NCBI RefSeq assembly: GCF_018350175.1 | Contig: NC_058369.1 | Coordinates: 27,158,001-27,222,000 of the forward strand | Direction: 5' to 3' | Length of the DNA stretch: 64,000 nucleotides | Source: Felis catus | Lineage: Eukaryota | Shown: one piece after another, positions 1 to 11,880 of the stretch | How positions within the stretch are numbered: position 1 is the first letter of the stretch | How the letters are laid out: each line of letters begins with the position of its first letter | Translations under genes and position numbers: made by a program | The notes under the pieces: model-generated | What the model was told of the DNA's origin: nothing | Databases searched by the model: none | Seen by the model: the letters and a program-made list of their open reading frames with translations, nothing else

Positions 1-109
1 TGGCTGGTATCAGAAAAGCCAGAATTACTGACCCTCTGTCTGACACAAAGCCTATGCCCTTTATATGTTACTCTGAATCTCCTAATTAGAGAAGAATCTT
101 GCTCTAGAG

Positions 110-403
110 CTGCTGGTCCAATAGAAATATAAAGCAGGCTACAATGGGTCCCCAATGTGGGACACATAGTTCATTTAAAATTTTCTAGTACCCACATTTC
201 AAAATGTAAAAAGGAACAGGTGAAACTAATGTTAATAAAAACAACAAAAAATCTCAGTAAGACATTTTACATTTTTTCCTTCATACTAAGTTTTCAAAAT
301 CTGATGTATATTTTATATTTACCACATATCTCAACTAGGACTGGCCACATTTCAAATGCTCAGTAGTCATATGTGGCTCATGGCTGCCATATTGACAGCA
401 TAG
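110..403 (+). mobile_element. MER33-like hAT-Charlie non-autonomous DNA transposon
   Basis: Begins ctgctggtccaatagaaatataa. Internal tttaaaattttctagtacccacatt...aaaaaggaacaggtgaaa. Ends gccacatttcaaatgctcagtagtcatatgtggct...gacagcatag. Flanked by ctctagag/gtgtagat (degenerate 8-bp hAT TSD). Confidence 0.8.
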
Positions 404-519
404 GTGTAGATGATCTAGCCTGGATTGATGTTGGGGAGCTCAGTGTTGGGAAACCCAGGAGGAGGTCATACTTTGAAGGTGACTGGGTCAGGCAATTTGG
501 CATACAGGAAGTATGTTAT

Positions 520-1080
520 TAATTAATTAAACATAAATTAATGAGTATCTACTATGTACTAGGCACTGTTCTAGGCCCTAGAATAGAGAGGGGAACAAGA
601 TCAAGTGCTTTCACTAATGGAATCTACACTCTAGGAGGTGTGATAGACAACAAGCAAGTCAACGCATAATATAAGTGATATGAAGAAAAAATGCAGCCAG
701 CAAGCAGATAGAGTGCGACAGGGACTATTTTTGATGAGGTAGTGAGGATGAGCCTTTCCAAAGATAAGACATCTGAGTGAAGACTGAAGCTAGGCACAGG
801 AAAAATTTGGAGAAAGAGTGTTCTAAGCAGAGGGAATCCTGAGGTGACAACATGTTGAGCATATTCTGGGAATAGCAGGGTCAGTGTTTTCTGAATCGGG
901 ACAGAGAGTAGTAGGAAGTGAGGTGTGAAAGTGAGACTGGGGTCAGCTTCTGCAAGGCCTTAGGACTTCCCCAAGTGTGATGGGAAGGCTTCACAGGGTT
1001 ATAGTCAGAGACGGGAGGTCCTCTGATATATACATACTTTTATAAAGGATGTCCTGGCTATAGTAAGGAGAATCACCTGG
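520..1080 (-). mobile_element. L2 LINE 3' fragment (ancient)
   Basis: taatgagtatctactatgtactaggcactgttctagg is the reverse complement of the L2 3' terminus. It is followed by purine-rich L2 body sequence. Confidence 0.7.
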
Positions 1081-2791
1081 AAGTTGGGGTGATGAATGAC
1101 AGGTTGTTATTGCAGGTAATGGGTAGAGCTGTGAGGAATAAGTCGAACTTCATTGGGATGGAGATGCACAAACACTAGGGATCCCGTTCTTAGGATGCTG
1201 GTGTACTAAGTGCTACTTTATATATTTCAGAGGCATATGTTGATAATTGGAGACCATTTTTTTTTTCAAATTGCACATTTGAATGGATTACCAAGACTGG
1301 GACTCAGAGAATCAGGTCATGATAAATTGCCAAAACTGGGATACGATGGGTGAGTGCATCTGATGTTATAAGGTAATTTGGTCAGGGACCCTAGAAATTC
1401 CAGAACCTGCCTTAGCCCAGCCAATTCTCTTCTCTGGGAAGAGATTCAAAGGAATAATGAGTTATGAGAAATAGTGACATGTAGAAAATAAGAGTGGCAC
1501 TGTATCATTAGCTGACCTTGTATTTAAAACTCCAGTGTACAGTCATTGGGTAAAATAATTGGCACAAGAGGCATGAAGTGAACATTAAAGTGGAAGGATT
1601 ATCTTCTTAGCCCCTGCCCATACCTTGCAATCTCATCACTGGAGATGAGAGGACCCCCTCACTAGAATGTTGGCTTCATAAAGACTGGGATCCTATCTTA
1701 TTCACATATTTCCATATTCCCAGAGATAGAACCTGGCGTCTAATGAGTGCTCAATATTCGTTGCATTCATCTATCCATCCACCCATTCAATAACTCCTTC
1801 TAACAATATCTTTGCCAGGCACTGGGATAGAGCAGGGAGGAAATATGGCCATTTGCATTCTGAATTAACAGTCACCATCAGAAACAGACTTTTCCCACTG
1901 TATGATGAGCTCTCGGGAGAGGAAGGACAGGTCCCTGTGGGAATGCATATGAAAGTTCCCTCATCCAGGGCTCTGGGGAGCCTTCCCAGAAGCAGTGGTG
2001 CCAGCAAAGATCATTTATGGGCTTAGACTAGGGGGTATGACATTTGTAAACTAAAAATCCTCTGTTGGTGGACTCGCAGGCAGTATCACGGTAGCATAAA
2101 TGCAGAACTATATGTTCAGTATAATAGTCTATAGTTAGTTGGCAAATTTAAATGGTGATAAAGCCTCATTAATATGTATGACCCACAGTTTTCCTAAATT
2201 TGGTAGAATGAAAAGCTGGCATATATGATAATTTTTAAAACCTTACATCCATGCCATTCATTTGTGTAATCTGGCATATAATACCTGATTATCATAATTT
2301 TGCCTAAATAATGAATAAAAACGAAAAGGAAAAATTAAAACCTTTCACATTGGACACAATTGTAATTCTTTTACAGTAACATTCACAGTGAAATTCTTAA
2401 TTAAGTCTGCATGCCTCTTTTACGAAAGTGCATTTTATAGATATAGTTAATTTTTTAATGTCTGCATTAATGAGAGAAAAAAAGAAGCATAGATAATTCC
2501 CCAAAACCAAAGCTTAAAATTCATCTCCACTGGGCTGTGTGATAAAGTCTACCCTGTGCAATGCCTGATATTTATTTTCTGAATGATGCTCTTTGTAGGA
2601 CAATATTAATATGCATTTGCATTTCTTGAAAAAAAAATAGCTGTTGTAAATCAGGGAAGAGAATATGGCAACGGCTGAGGGATGTGGAGTTCTGTTTGGG
2701 ATTGACATTTTTCCCAGTGACAATAGTTATATAGATACCTGACTAGCTCATATGTCATAGGTTGAAAGAGAAGAAGATATTTATTCCCTTA

Positions 2792-2870
2792 TTTCCTTCC
2801 TTCCCTCCTTCCCTCCCTTCCTTCCTTCCTTCCTTCCTTCCTTCCTTCCTTCCTTCCTCCCTTCCTTCCC
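2792..2870. repeat. (TTCC)n microsatellite
   Basis: Direct reading: ttccttccttccctcc...ttccttccc. Confidence 0.95.
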
Positions 2871-3881
2871 TAATCTCAATTCATTTATCATATTTCCAGA
2901 AATGTTCAGAGTCAATAAAAACACAGAAATCCATTCAAGTTCAGACAAAACCTTAACAATAAACTTGGAGAAACAACTTATCAATATGATTACCTCCATG
3001 GGAACTAAATACTTCAGCCCATTTCTAGCCTAAACCCCTCAAGGCCCATGGTCATAAACTTGAGAGGATATGCTGTACATATGTCATGCATATGTTAGTG
3101 CTCCTGCTTGTGTATGTGTTGATGCCCAAAACTATTCTTTTTAGAAAAATTAAAAAAAATTCGACAAGCATATTCTGTTATGGGAGGGCATTTTGCAGTA
3201 TTTGTTGCTGTCATCATAATAAAGATTACAAATGATCTCCCTGCTGTTCAGGATGTATCATCTAAGATCAGATATCAAGCCAAAGATGGCAGAAATGCAT
3301 TCAGAGCCCTGCTTTATGAATTTACTTTGCTTATTGCATTTCTTTTCTTGGAAATGCAATTGGTTTGGAATTACTGGGATCAGGGGGAAAAGCATGTCAT
3401 CAAAAAGGAAGCTGTAGAGTGGGGAAATGTGATAAAAGTCAATTTAAGTTTGACAGAAATCTTGGGGTTTTTTTGATCCATAACTTCTAGGTAACTGCTT
3501 CAACCTTTGCAAAGCCAGAAGAAATATTTTTATTCATTTTTGTTGTTCAACACACATTTCAAAAGGACAGACCTGGTGTACTATCAGAAACTTGATAATA
3601 GTTTGGAATAATAGGTCATATTTAAAAAAATCAAATAATCCAATTATCACACAAATGTAATTGGCTTGATTTTTACGTGTGAGAAAACTGTAAGAAAAGA
3701 AGCAAAATAATGAAAAAAATCTATTAAGTACTAAATAGACATCAGATTAAGCCAAACTTCTTGTTCCTTTCAATGCAATCAATCTTAAATTTCCGTTTAG
3801 CTCATATAAGATTCAACATATTATTTTCAGTAATTGTACAATATATCATGTACAGAAATACAAATCGAAAATCATTTTCTC

Positions 3882-4107
3882 GGGGCGCCTGGGTGGCGCA
3901 GTCGGTTAAGCGTCCGACTTCAGCCAGGTCACGATCTCGCGGTCCGTGAGTTCGAGCCCCGCGTCAGGCTCTGGGCTGATGGCTCAGAGCCTGGAGCCTG
4001 TTTCTGATTCTGTGTCTCCCTCTCTCTCTGCCCCTCCCCTGTTCATGCTCTGTCTCTCTCTGTCCCAAAAATAAATAAACGTTGAAAAAAAAATTAAAAA
4101 AAAAAAA
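3882..4107 (+). mobile_element. Young felid Can-SINE (SINEC_Fc type), full length
   Basis: Head GGGGCGCCTGGGTGGCGCAGTCGGTTAAGCG, B box GAGTTCGAGCCC, (CT)n, AATAAA, A-tail. Perfect 15-bp TSD GAAAATCATTTTCTC (3867-3881 / 4108-4122). Confidence 0.97.
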
Positions 4108-4146
4108 GAAAATCATTTTCTCTTGGAGATATAGTCTAAAGTTGTT

Positions 4147-4338
4147 TTAAAGTTTTTTCGTTTTGAGAGAGAGATACAGAGAGAGAGAGACAGAGACAGA
4201 CAGAGAGAGAGAATCCCAAGTAGGCTCCACACTGTCAGTGCAGAGCCCAACATGGGGCTTGATCCCATAAACCGTGAGATTATGACCTGAGCCAGAATCA
4301 AGAGTCGGATGCTTAACCAACAGCCACCCAGGCACCCC
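4147..4338 (-). mobile_element. Older Can-SINE
   Basis: Ends ...gcttaaccaacagccacccaggcacccc (reverse complement of the SINE head) and has a (GA)n tract. Degenerate TSD tagtctaaa/tagtctcaa. Confidence 0.9.
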
Positions 4339-4383
4339 TGTAGTCTCAACTTTTGAGAGTAAGAGTATATACATGCACATGCG

Positions 4384-4384
4384 T

Positions 4385-4418
<34 letters not shown>
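4384..4418. repeat. (CA)n microsatellite
   Basis: Direct reading. Confidence 0.95.
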
Positions 4419-4421
<3 letters not shown>

Positions 4422-4479
4422 AGCTCTTATCTCTCGTTCTTTGGGTACCAGTGCACACACAAAAATACAAATTTAGGTG

Positions 4480-4960
4480 GGTTCTAAGCTATGTTTCTTG
4501 GATTGCAAGTAACCAAAATGGACTTTGGCTAATTTAACCAAGCAGAAATTTATTGGAAGTGATGGGATTACTTACATAGTCAATGTCAGGCTAAAGAAGC
4601 AAGCTTGGAAAGGGACATGAACCCAGGCATTCTATTTGGCAGGAATTATTTTGTAGCATCAAAGTGCTAAGGCTCAGTGAATGAGCCCTAACCATTTTCA
4701 TTTTGTTCTCTCTTTTTTGGTTTAAATTGTGTTTCCTGGAAGGGAGCAAACATCCAAATGATTCATTTGTTCAGATGCTCACTGTTGGAAGGAGAGTATG
4801 GGGCACTTCCCTTAACTATTCCAAGAGACTCTGTCCAATGAGGTAAGAAGGAGACTCTAAAGAGATGGATGCCGGGTAGCCTAAAACAGCGAGCAAATAG
4901 TCCAGGGTGTGAGAGTAAGTAGGTGTTACTTCTTGGAGATCTGTTTCTAGTCCTGAGTGA
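4480..4960 (-). mobile_element. Old MaLR LTR (MLT1K/L-like), degraded
   Basis: ttggattgcaagtaaccaaaatggactttggctaatttaaccaagcagaaatttattggaag resembles the old-MLT terminal motif. Subfamily uncertain. Confidence 0.5.
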
Positions 4961-5410
4961 TGAGATGACCATCTCCTCTTAGACCATTTCCAAAGCACAG
5001 CACAGATTGATGCATTGTAATGAGCTCCTGGTTTGGAGTCTGAAGACCTGGGTCTCATACTGATTAGGTTTTATGACTAGGTTTTTGTAACTCTTCCGTC
5101 TTGCTTGTGTCCTAGTTTTCCCATCTTTCCTGTCTCATTATGGACAGTTTCCTATCTTGTTATGGACACGAAGGACAATGCACATGAATGTATGTGAAAG
5201 CACTTTCTAAAGCTGGAAGAGGGTTTCCAAATGCTCCTATGAGTTTGAGAATCCTCTGTGAGTGACTGCAAGAGCCTAAAAAGAGACAAAGACCCAATAG
5301 CATGTTTGAAATCCAGCACATATACTAGATAGTGAGACCAGTGTCACTTCATGAATGTGTATACTTGACAGATTAGATAGCTGAAATGACTGTCATGAAA
5401 TTTAATTTTA

Positions 5411-5582
5411 GGGGCACCTGGGTGGCTCAGTCAGTTCAGTCCCTGACTTTGGCTCAGGTCATGATCTCATGGTTTGTTGGTTCGAGCCCAGTGTTAGGCT
5501 TTACGCTGACAGTGCAGAGCCTGCTTCAGATTCTCTGTCTCCCTAGACTCTCTCTTCCCTTACCCTGCTTGTGCTCTCTCTC

Positions 5583-5635
<53 letters not shown>

Positions 5636-5645
5636 AATTAAAACA
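5411..5645 (+). mobile_element. Can-SINE with (TAAA)n tail
   Basis: ggggcacctgggtggctcagtc head, ggttcgagccc B box, (CT)n, (AAAT)n tail. Degenerate TSD tttaatttta. Confidence 0.92.
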
Positions 5646-7319
5646 TTTTAATTTTAGCTAAGTCTGTTATTCACCAGACTTAGGCCATACCTTGTAAAGC
5701 AAAGTCTTCAATTTCCTCTTTTTAGAACAACCTGTTCCATGATGCTGGTTCCCAACAGTCCTTAGGCTTCAGGCATCTGTCTGGATTTGGGGTTCTTAAA
5801 TTATAAATGAAAAACATACACAGAGGGGTCATATTTGAGGAATATGTTCTGGAGTTCTTACATAATTCAAAATTCACCTATTTCAAGACTAATACCACCA
5901 AAAGATAGGAGATAGTTTTGTTTAGCAGCTAAAATGAGTGTCTGCATGTAGCCCAAGCATAAACTCAGTTTACAACTTGCTTGCCTCCTTCATCTTTGAG
6001 ACTAAATTATGTGATTGTCTACAAACTTTCATTTGGGTGGTTGAGTCATATTATTACAAATTTTGCACATAAAAAGAGGCTCAACATATTTTATATCACA
6101 TTATTTTGACTTCCTGTAATTCAAATCTGCATGCAATATGGTGGCTCTGCAATTTGACATAGTGCTCTAGTGGCCTCACCTTTTGAAAAGCCCCCTTTTG
6201 CAGGAGCATTTGATTCAAATCATGAACACATTCACTGTCAGATATATCCATTTAACAAATGCATAAGGAGGAGCCCAGTAAAGCTAGGATACTTGAGTGT
6301 ACATTTCATCCTTACCCACCTTTGAAAAATTTTGATTTTTGTAAACCTGAGCACTCATGTCTGATGATTGTGTCTTGCTTTCACATGGGCTAACACTTAT
6401 GAGTTGAATGAAGAGTTTTTCTTTGCATGCTAGCCCAAATTTCTCAGTTGAAAAATGAATTTCTCTGCTTTTGGTGAGGGGTGGGTGAGTAACACAAGTC
6501 AAGGGGGCAGATGTCACCCAGCCAAGACATATTTTCTTGGTCAATGTCAAGGAAGGCTCAGCAATCCAAAGTCACACAGCTGTAAAGCTGTGAGGACTGG
6601 CCAGCTGAAGAGCTGAGTTCTCGTCCAAAAAAACAAACAAACAAACAAACAAACAAAAAAACACTTCACTACCTCTTTTGAGGCAAGACTTCCAAGCTGT
6701 TTTGTAAAGGAGCCACTTCAAGCTCTCTTCTCTCTCTCCCTATTTTACCTTTTAATGTTACTTTCTAAAAACAATTTGCAGTGCTAGATCCACAAATTTT
6801 TTTTCAAGGAAATGATTAGATATTTTGCCAAACAAACAAACAAACGAACAGCAGTGGGCTTTGAATGAGGTATAGGAAAATAATGCATTCTAAGAAAAGG
6901 TGGCTATACAAAATAAACCGAAATAAAAAAAAAAAAAGGACATAGGATAATTCTTGGATGAACATCTAGATTTCAAGTAGAATGTTCTCTTGTGTGCAAT
7001 TATGTGAGCATGGCATAGATGTTATGGAATAATTTTCTAGATTCCCCTGTGTGTTTCTTTGCTTCTAGTTGGAATGTCTTCTCCAAGTTTCTTGGCCTCT
7101 ATTCTTTGTGTGTGTCTGTCGGTTTCAGTCTGACTTCACCTGACATCACACCAGGAACTTCATAAATGAAGCTATTGCCTTCTCTTCTTGATTATTCATG
7201 ATATTGCATACCTAGGTCTTATCACTTCCTAAAATAAAAATAATCTCTTACAATGGCCTGGAGGCTGATCATCTACAAATTACTTTCTGTCTGTCTGATT
7301 TTGCTCAGTCCTCACCGTG

Positions 7320-8280
7320 GTCCTCTGGCTTGGAAAATGAGTATCATCCCATTTTCATGGACACCTAGCTTGAACTGCAAGATACTTTGCAGCTTGCTAT
7401 CGGAAAGAGAGCTGGGATCCATATCCCACATCATTTGATTCTCTACCCTCTGTTCTTTGTTTTGGTCATGTAGCTTCTCCATAGGGGCACTCTTCAGATG
7501 CTGTCCTCTTGTCTTCAGGTCTGTGTCATGGGCCTTGCGCACCTATATAGGGATGAGATCCACAATAGCATTCTAGGAACTGCCATCCCAGGCAGTGCCT
7601 CCGTCTTTCCCAAATGGTACATTTATTTATGTCTCAGTTCTGTTCTCCAACCCAAGCCTAGTGTCCACACAGTGATTCGCTTCAATATAGACCTCAGGCA
7701 CGGTCAGTAGGAGGGGTACTGCCTTGGTGCTATGCCCCCAACCTCTTTCAACTTGTTAACTTGCTGCACTAGCTTCATACCCACACCCTCACCAGAACTG
7801 ACTGCCAGCAATGCATGCAGGCCCTGCTGTAATTAAGTATTGATTTCGTGTAACATGTGTATACAGAGGAAGTTCATCTCATTTGTGGGCTGCTGTTATC
7901 TGTCGGTAGAACAAAATGTGTGATTATCAGTGGATATCCTATGGCTATGTATGGCGAACTATAACCTCAAATCCATCTAATTGTAGTGACATTACGGTAT
8001 GCCCTTCAGGAGTGGACCATTTGTCTTAACATGGCCTCTGCTGCTGTTGGCCTGCTTTTGTCCCTAGAAATAGCTGCACAGATTCTTCATTGCAGCACCT
8101 TCTTAGTTCCAATTTGGCCTTGCCGGATGGAAACTAGCAAAGTCCATTTAGTATAATGTAACATGGCTGTGGCTTCAAATAAATGGAGCACCAGGTATTA
8201 TTTGTTTTCTGCTTTCTTTCGAGTGGTCACACCTCCTGGCATTCTTCTGGTAACCTTGCTATTCCCAGGAGAGCAAGACA
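7320..8280 (+). mobile_element. Highly decayed RTE-clade non-LTR retrotransposon ORF2 (reverse transcriptase) fossil
   Basis: Colinear frameshifted RT motifs: WKMSIIPF (7331), KILCSLL (7379), SCSF..GHSSDAVL (~7466), LY..D.TIAF (7543-7573), VL-APNLF-NL (7727), MQALL*..DFV..YTEE (7815), GLLLSVGRTKCVIIS (7887), VDHLS*HG (8012), EIAAQILHCS (8067), QFGL, STR..RVV..TLLFPGE. Confidence 0.65.
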
Positions 8281-9269
8281 AGAAATTCTGGATGGAAACA
8301 AAGTTCACATCATTAACACCGTCAGGAAAAGCTGGTAGGTTCTTGCATCCCCCATCACCTTTATGTGGCATTCACGAGCCCCTGGGCTGAGTTGAGATTG
8401 CTCTGCTCTGTAGATTTGATGAGGTAGGTATACTGGGGGGAGAAACCCTCCCACCCACCACAGGACTGGAAGCCCAAGGAACTGGGACCTGAGTCTCTCT
8501 TAATTGTGTGATTTCTCTTTCCATTTGACAGCTTCATCTCCACTGAACCACTGGCTGTCTTGATTAGGAACTTTCTCCTACCAGTGGAATGGAAGTTTCT
8601 AAATAAAGATATGAGCTGTTTGTGTAGGTGTCTTTACTTGTTTGGAGTTTTCCATCATGGGGAGGGAGATTGGATGGAATAACCTACGTAGGTGGTGACC
8701 TGTCTTCATTGCTTGCTCAAAATATTGGCCTGGGGTATCAGGAGATGAACCAATTAAAAAGTCTTATTTCTAAGGCTGGCAGTCTCTCCTTTAACACAGT
8801 TTTATCTCTCACCTACTGCTACCTCAGGTTACTTCCATTAGGTGTTTCTTTTGCTGCCATGTAAAGAGATGAAAAATAACATTGTAGACAGACTGCTGGT
8901 AGAGGGGAAGGTTTCCAATCATGTGCACCATTGTGGGTTATGTCTCTGAAGCACACGCTGAACTCAAGCTCCATTTTAAGTGTCACTGTATTATAGTCTA
9001 TTCGCCTGGCTGAGTTAAGAGTCCTAAAGTAGGGAATGGCAAGTAATCGTCAATCACACTGCGGGGGTGTCAACTGTACCTTAAATATGTCACTCAGGAA
9101 TCTGGTGAATAAGCCAGAAACAAAAGTGTAAAGTAAAAAAAAAAATCTTCCTCCAATGTCCTCCTCTGATACATTTCAGCAGGGGTCTTTTAGGGGCCAT
9201 GTTGACAATAATAGTGCACAAATCGTGAATGCTCCTTTCTGTACTTTCTGGTATGGGATGGAGGGTATA

Positions 9270-9470
9270 TAGGGAAGATTTAGGCTTTGGGGTCACGTGG
9301 CTCTGGGTACAGATTTCCCGGCTTTTGGATACTGAACAAATAATGGCTCATCCCCTCAGAGCTTCAGTGTTCTCATCTATGTGCTGTGAGCCTAATAGGG
9401 ATCTTGAAGGTCATGAGGCCTGAGTAGGCAGCACTCACAAAGCCCTCTAGTACGTAGCGGACACTCCTTG
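9270..9470 (+). mobile_element. MIR SINE fragment
   Basis: ctcagagcttcagtgttctcatctat resembles the MIR core. Upstream ggctttggggtcacgtggctctgggt resembles the MIR head. Confidence 0.55.
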
Positions 9471-10763
9471 AACTGTCCTGCCACTACACTTCCTAGTCAC
9501 TGAGTCCATTACAGCTCTGACGATACAGCACTTTTGCAACGTTTACATGTGTTTCTTTCCTCTTAATGACATATAAATCCATCCACAAGAAAATGTCATA
9601 AGGATGCTTTGATCTATAAAATGTTCAGAGTTTCTTAAAACCCTAATGTAGAGTGTGGCTCTCTAAAAGGCTGGGTCTGGGCCATTGCCATCAGCAGCAG
9701 ATTTTGCTGAATAGTACTATATGTGCTTAATAATAAGGTTTTCCTTTTTTTGTAAACCATTTTTTTGTGTGGAACTATTTTCCATGATGCTGAGGTTACA
9801 GAAAATATCATTTTTCTGTCACTGTTGGTGTTCTTCAGGTCCCCACTTTTAAATGGATGTGCCTTTGGAAACCTGGGTAGTTATCTACATCAGAAAAACA
9901 CCTTATCCTGGGCTGCATTGGGTGACTTGGACAAAGCAATGAAATTTAGATGGGGGAATGCTATGTATTACATTTTATAAGAGCCAGCTTCCAATAATAA
10001 CCATCTGACCCTTGTGATCCTATGTTTTCAATTTTCTTTTTAAAGAATGCAACAAGCAATGCTGCCAAGGCGTATTTTTCTGTCAAATGTTCGCTGACTT
10101 GTGAGTTGCTGGGGAGATTTTCTGTCTTCAGTGTTAGAAGACACAAACATTCACCACTTATGTTTTTCTTAGAGTAACTTCTCATGCAGCGGTCTCATGG
10201 CATATACTAAACTCCACGTTTGTATTTGAAAAGAAAGTCCCTGTGTATGAATGCTGAGAAATAGGGGCATAATTTTCACCTTGGTTCTAGGTTTTTGTTT
10301 TGGTTCGGTCTTTTTGACTTGGGTATGAGCTCAATGTCTGGTAATTAAAAGAATAAAAATAGAAGCCCATCACTAACACCAAAATGCATTTATTGAGTGG
10401 CTATCTTGTACACATTCCTTTTCTAGGCTTTATTCTGAGGCATTTTCTATAACATAGCCTATCTCAAAGACTGTTTATTAAAGTAGCACTTTGGGAATCC
10501 CTGGTGGGAAGTAGGTGTGATATTCGGTGTACCTTCCCCAACTACCATGTAGGGCATCACCCTGAGGGTGCCTGTGTAGGAAGAGGATTCATTTAAAAAT
10601 TCATTTCTAGGAAATGCCCTGTATCTTTGTACAAGAAATCCAGATAACCTGAGTGTTATTTGGCTTTGTAAAAATATTGAGCTGAATCCTGATCTCAGTT
10701 TCTGCCTCCTTTCCTTTTCTCTTCTTTCTAAACAAAAGAACAGTTTAACATTAACATAGTTGC

Positions 10764-11295
10764 TGTATTAGTTATCTATTGCTGGATAACAAGTTTTCCC
10801 CAAATGTAGTGGCTTGAAGCAACCCACATTTATTGTTTCCCACCTTCTGAGGGTCAGGAATTCAAGAGTGGCTTGGCTAGGTACTGGCTTGGGGTTTCTC
10901 ATGAGGTGGTGGTTAGTGTCAGTAGGGTTGTGGCAATCTGAACACTTGACCAGGACTCAAAGATCCATTTTCAAGGTGGTTCAGTCACTTGGCTCTTGGT
11001 TGGAGGCCAAAGCCTTTCTATATAAGCCTCTCCACAGTGTCCTTTAGGACATGGCAGCTGGTTTTCCCCAGAGGTAGTGATCTGGAGAGAGCGAGAGGGA
11101 GGAGAAAGAAAGAGAACAAAAGGAAACCATAGTGGCTTTTATAAATATCTCCAAAGTCACAGAACTGTCACTTTCTCTTTATTTGTTGGAAATGAGTGAC
11201 AAGTCCAGCTCACATTCAAGGGGAGGAGAATTAGACTCCTCCTCTTAAAGGGAGGAGTATCAAAGAATTTGGGAACACACATTAAAACTATCACA
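10764..11295 (-). mobile_element. MaLR solo LTR (MLT1F-like)
   Basis: TG...CA termini: tgtattagttatctattgctg...ttaaaactatcaca. Internal ggtcaggaattc, ccagctcacattcaaggggaggagaattagactc. Confidence 0.8.
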
Positions 11296-11300
11296 GTTGT

Positions 11301-11531
11301 GGGGCGCCTGGGTGGCGCAGTCGGTTAAGCGTCCGACTTCAGCCAGGTCACGATCTCGTGGTCCGGGAGTTCGAGCCCCGCGTCGGGCTCTGGGCTGATG
11401 GCTCGGAGCCTGGAGCCTGTTTCCGATTCTGTGTCTCCCTCTCTTTCTGCCCCTCCCCCGTTCATGCTCTGTCTCTCTCTGTCCCAAAAATAAATTAAAA
11501 AGACGTTGGAAAAAAAAAATTAAAAAAAAAA
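11301..11531 (+). mobile_element. Young felid Can-SINE (SINEC_Fc type)
   Basis: Intact head with A and B boxes. Perfect 17-bp TSD AAAACTATCACAGTTGT (11284-11300 / 11532-11548). Confidence 0.97.
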
Positions 11532-11576
11532 AAAACTATCACAGTTGTATGTGTCATTTAACGTTTCTGAAGTATA

Positions 11577-11698
11577 GGGAACGGGGGTAGCTCAGTCGGT
11601 TGAGCATCTGACTCTTGATTTCAGCTCAGATCATGATTCTAGGGTTGTAAAATCGAGCCCCGTGTTGGGCTTCATGCTAAACATGGAGCCTGCTTAAG

Positions 11699-11746
<48 letters not shown>

Positions 11747-11855
11747 CTCCCTTCCTCCCACCTTCTGCCCCTCTCCCCTGCTTGTGTCCTCCCTCTCTTT
11801 AAAATACAAAAATAAATAAATAAGTAAATAAATAAATAAATAAATAAATAATAAA
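11577..11855 (+). mobile_element. Older Can-SINE
   Basis: tagctcagtcggttgagcatctgactcttgatttcagctcag head, long (CT)n, (AAAT)n tail. Confidence 0.88.
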
Positions 11856-11880
11856 GTTTCCAAAGAGTTACCAAACCCTG

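Noticed and set aside
3882..3965. tRNA genes
   Set aside because: The A/B boxes belong to tRNA-derived SINE heads followed by (CT)n, A-tails and TSDs.
6160..6176. CTCF site (reverse complement GGCCACTAGAGCACTA)
   Set aside because: Lacks two core G positions (AGAGGGC), so it is a poor match.
11260..11487. Recurring MGQRETEHERGRGR / MAQSVK...AQVMIS ORFs (also near 5.4, 15.5, 21.9, 27.0, 38.4 and 38.7 kb) as a peptide family
   Set aside because: All are translations of Can-SINE copies.
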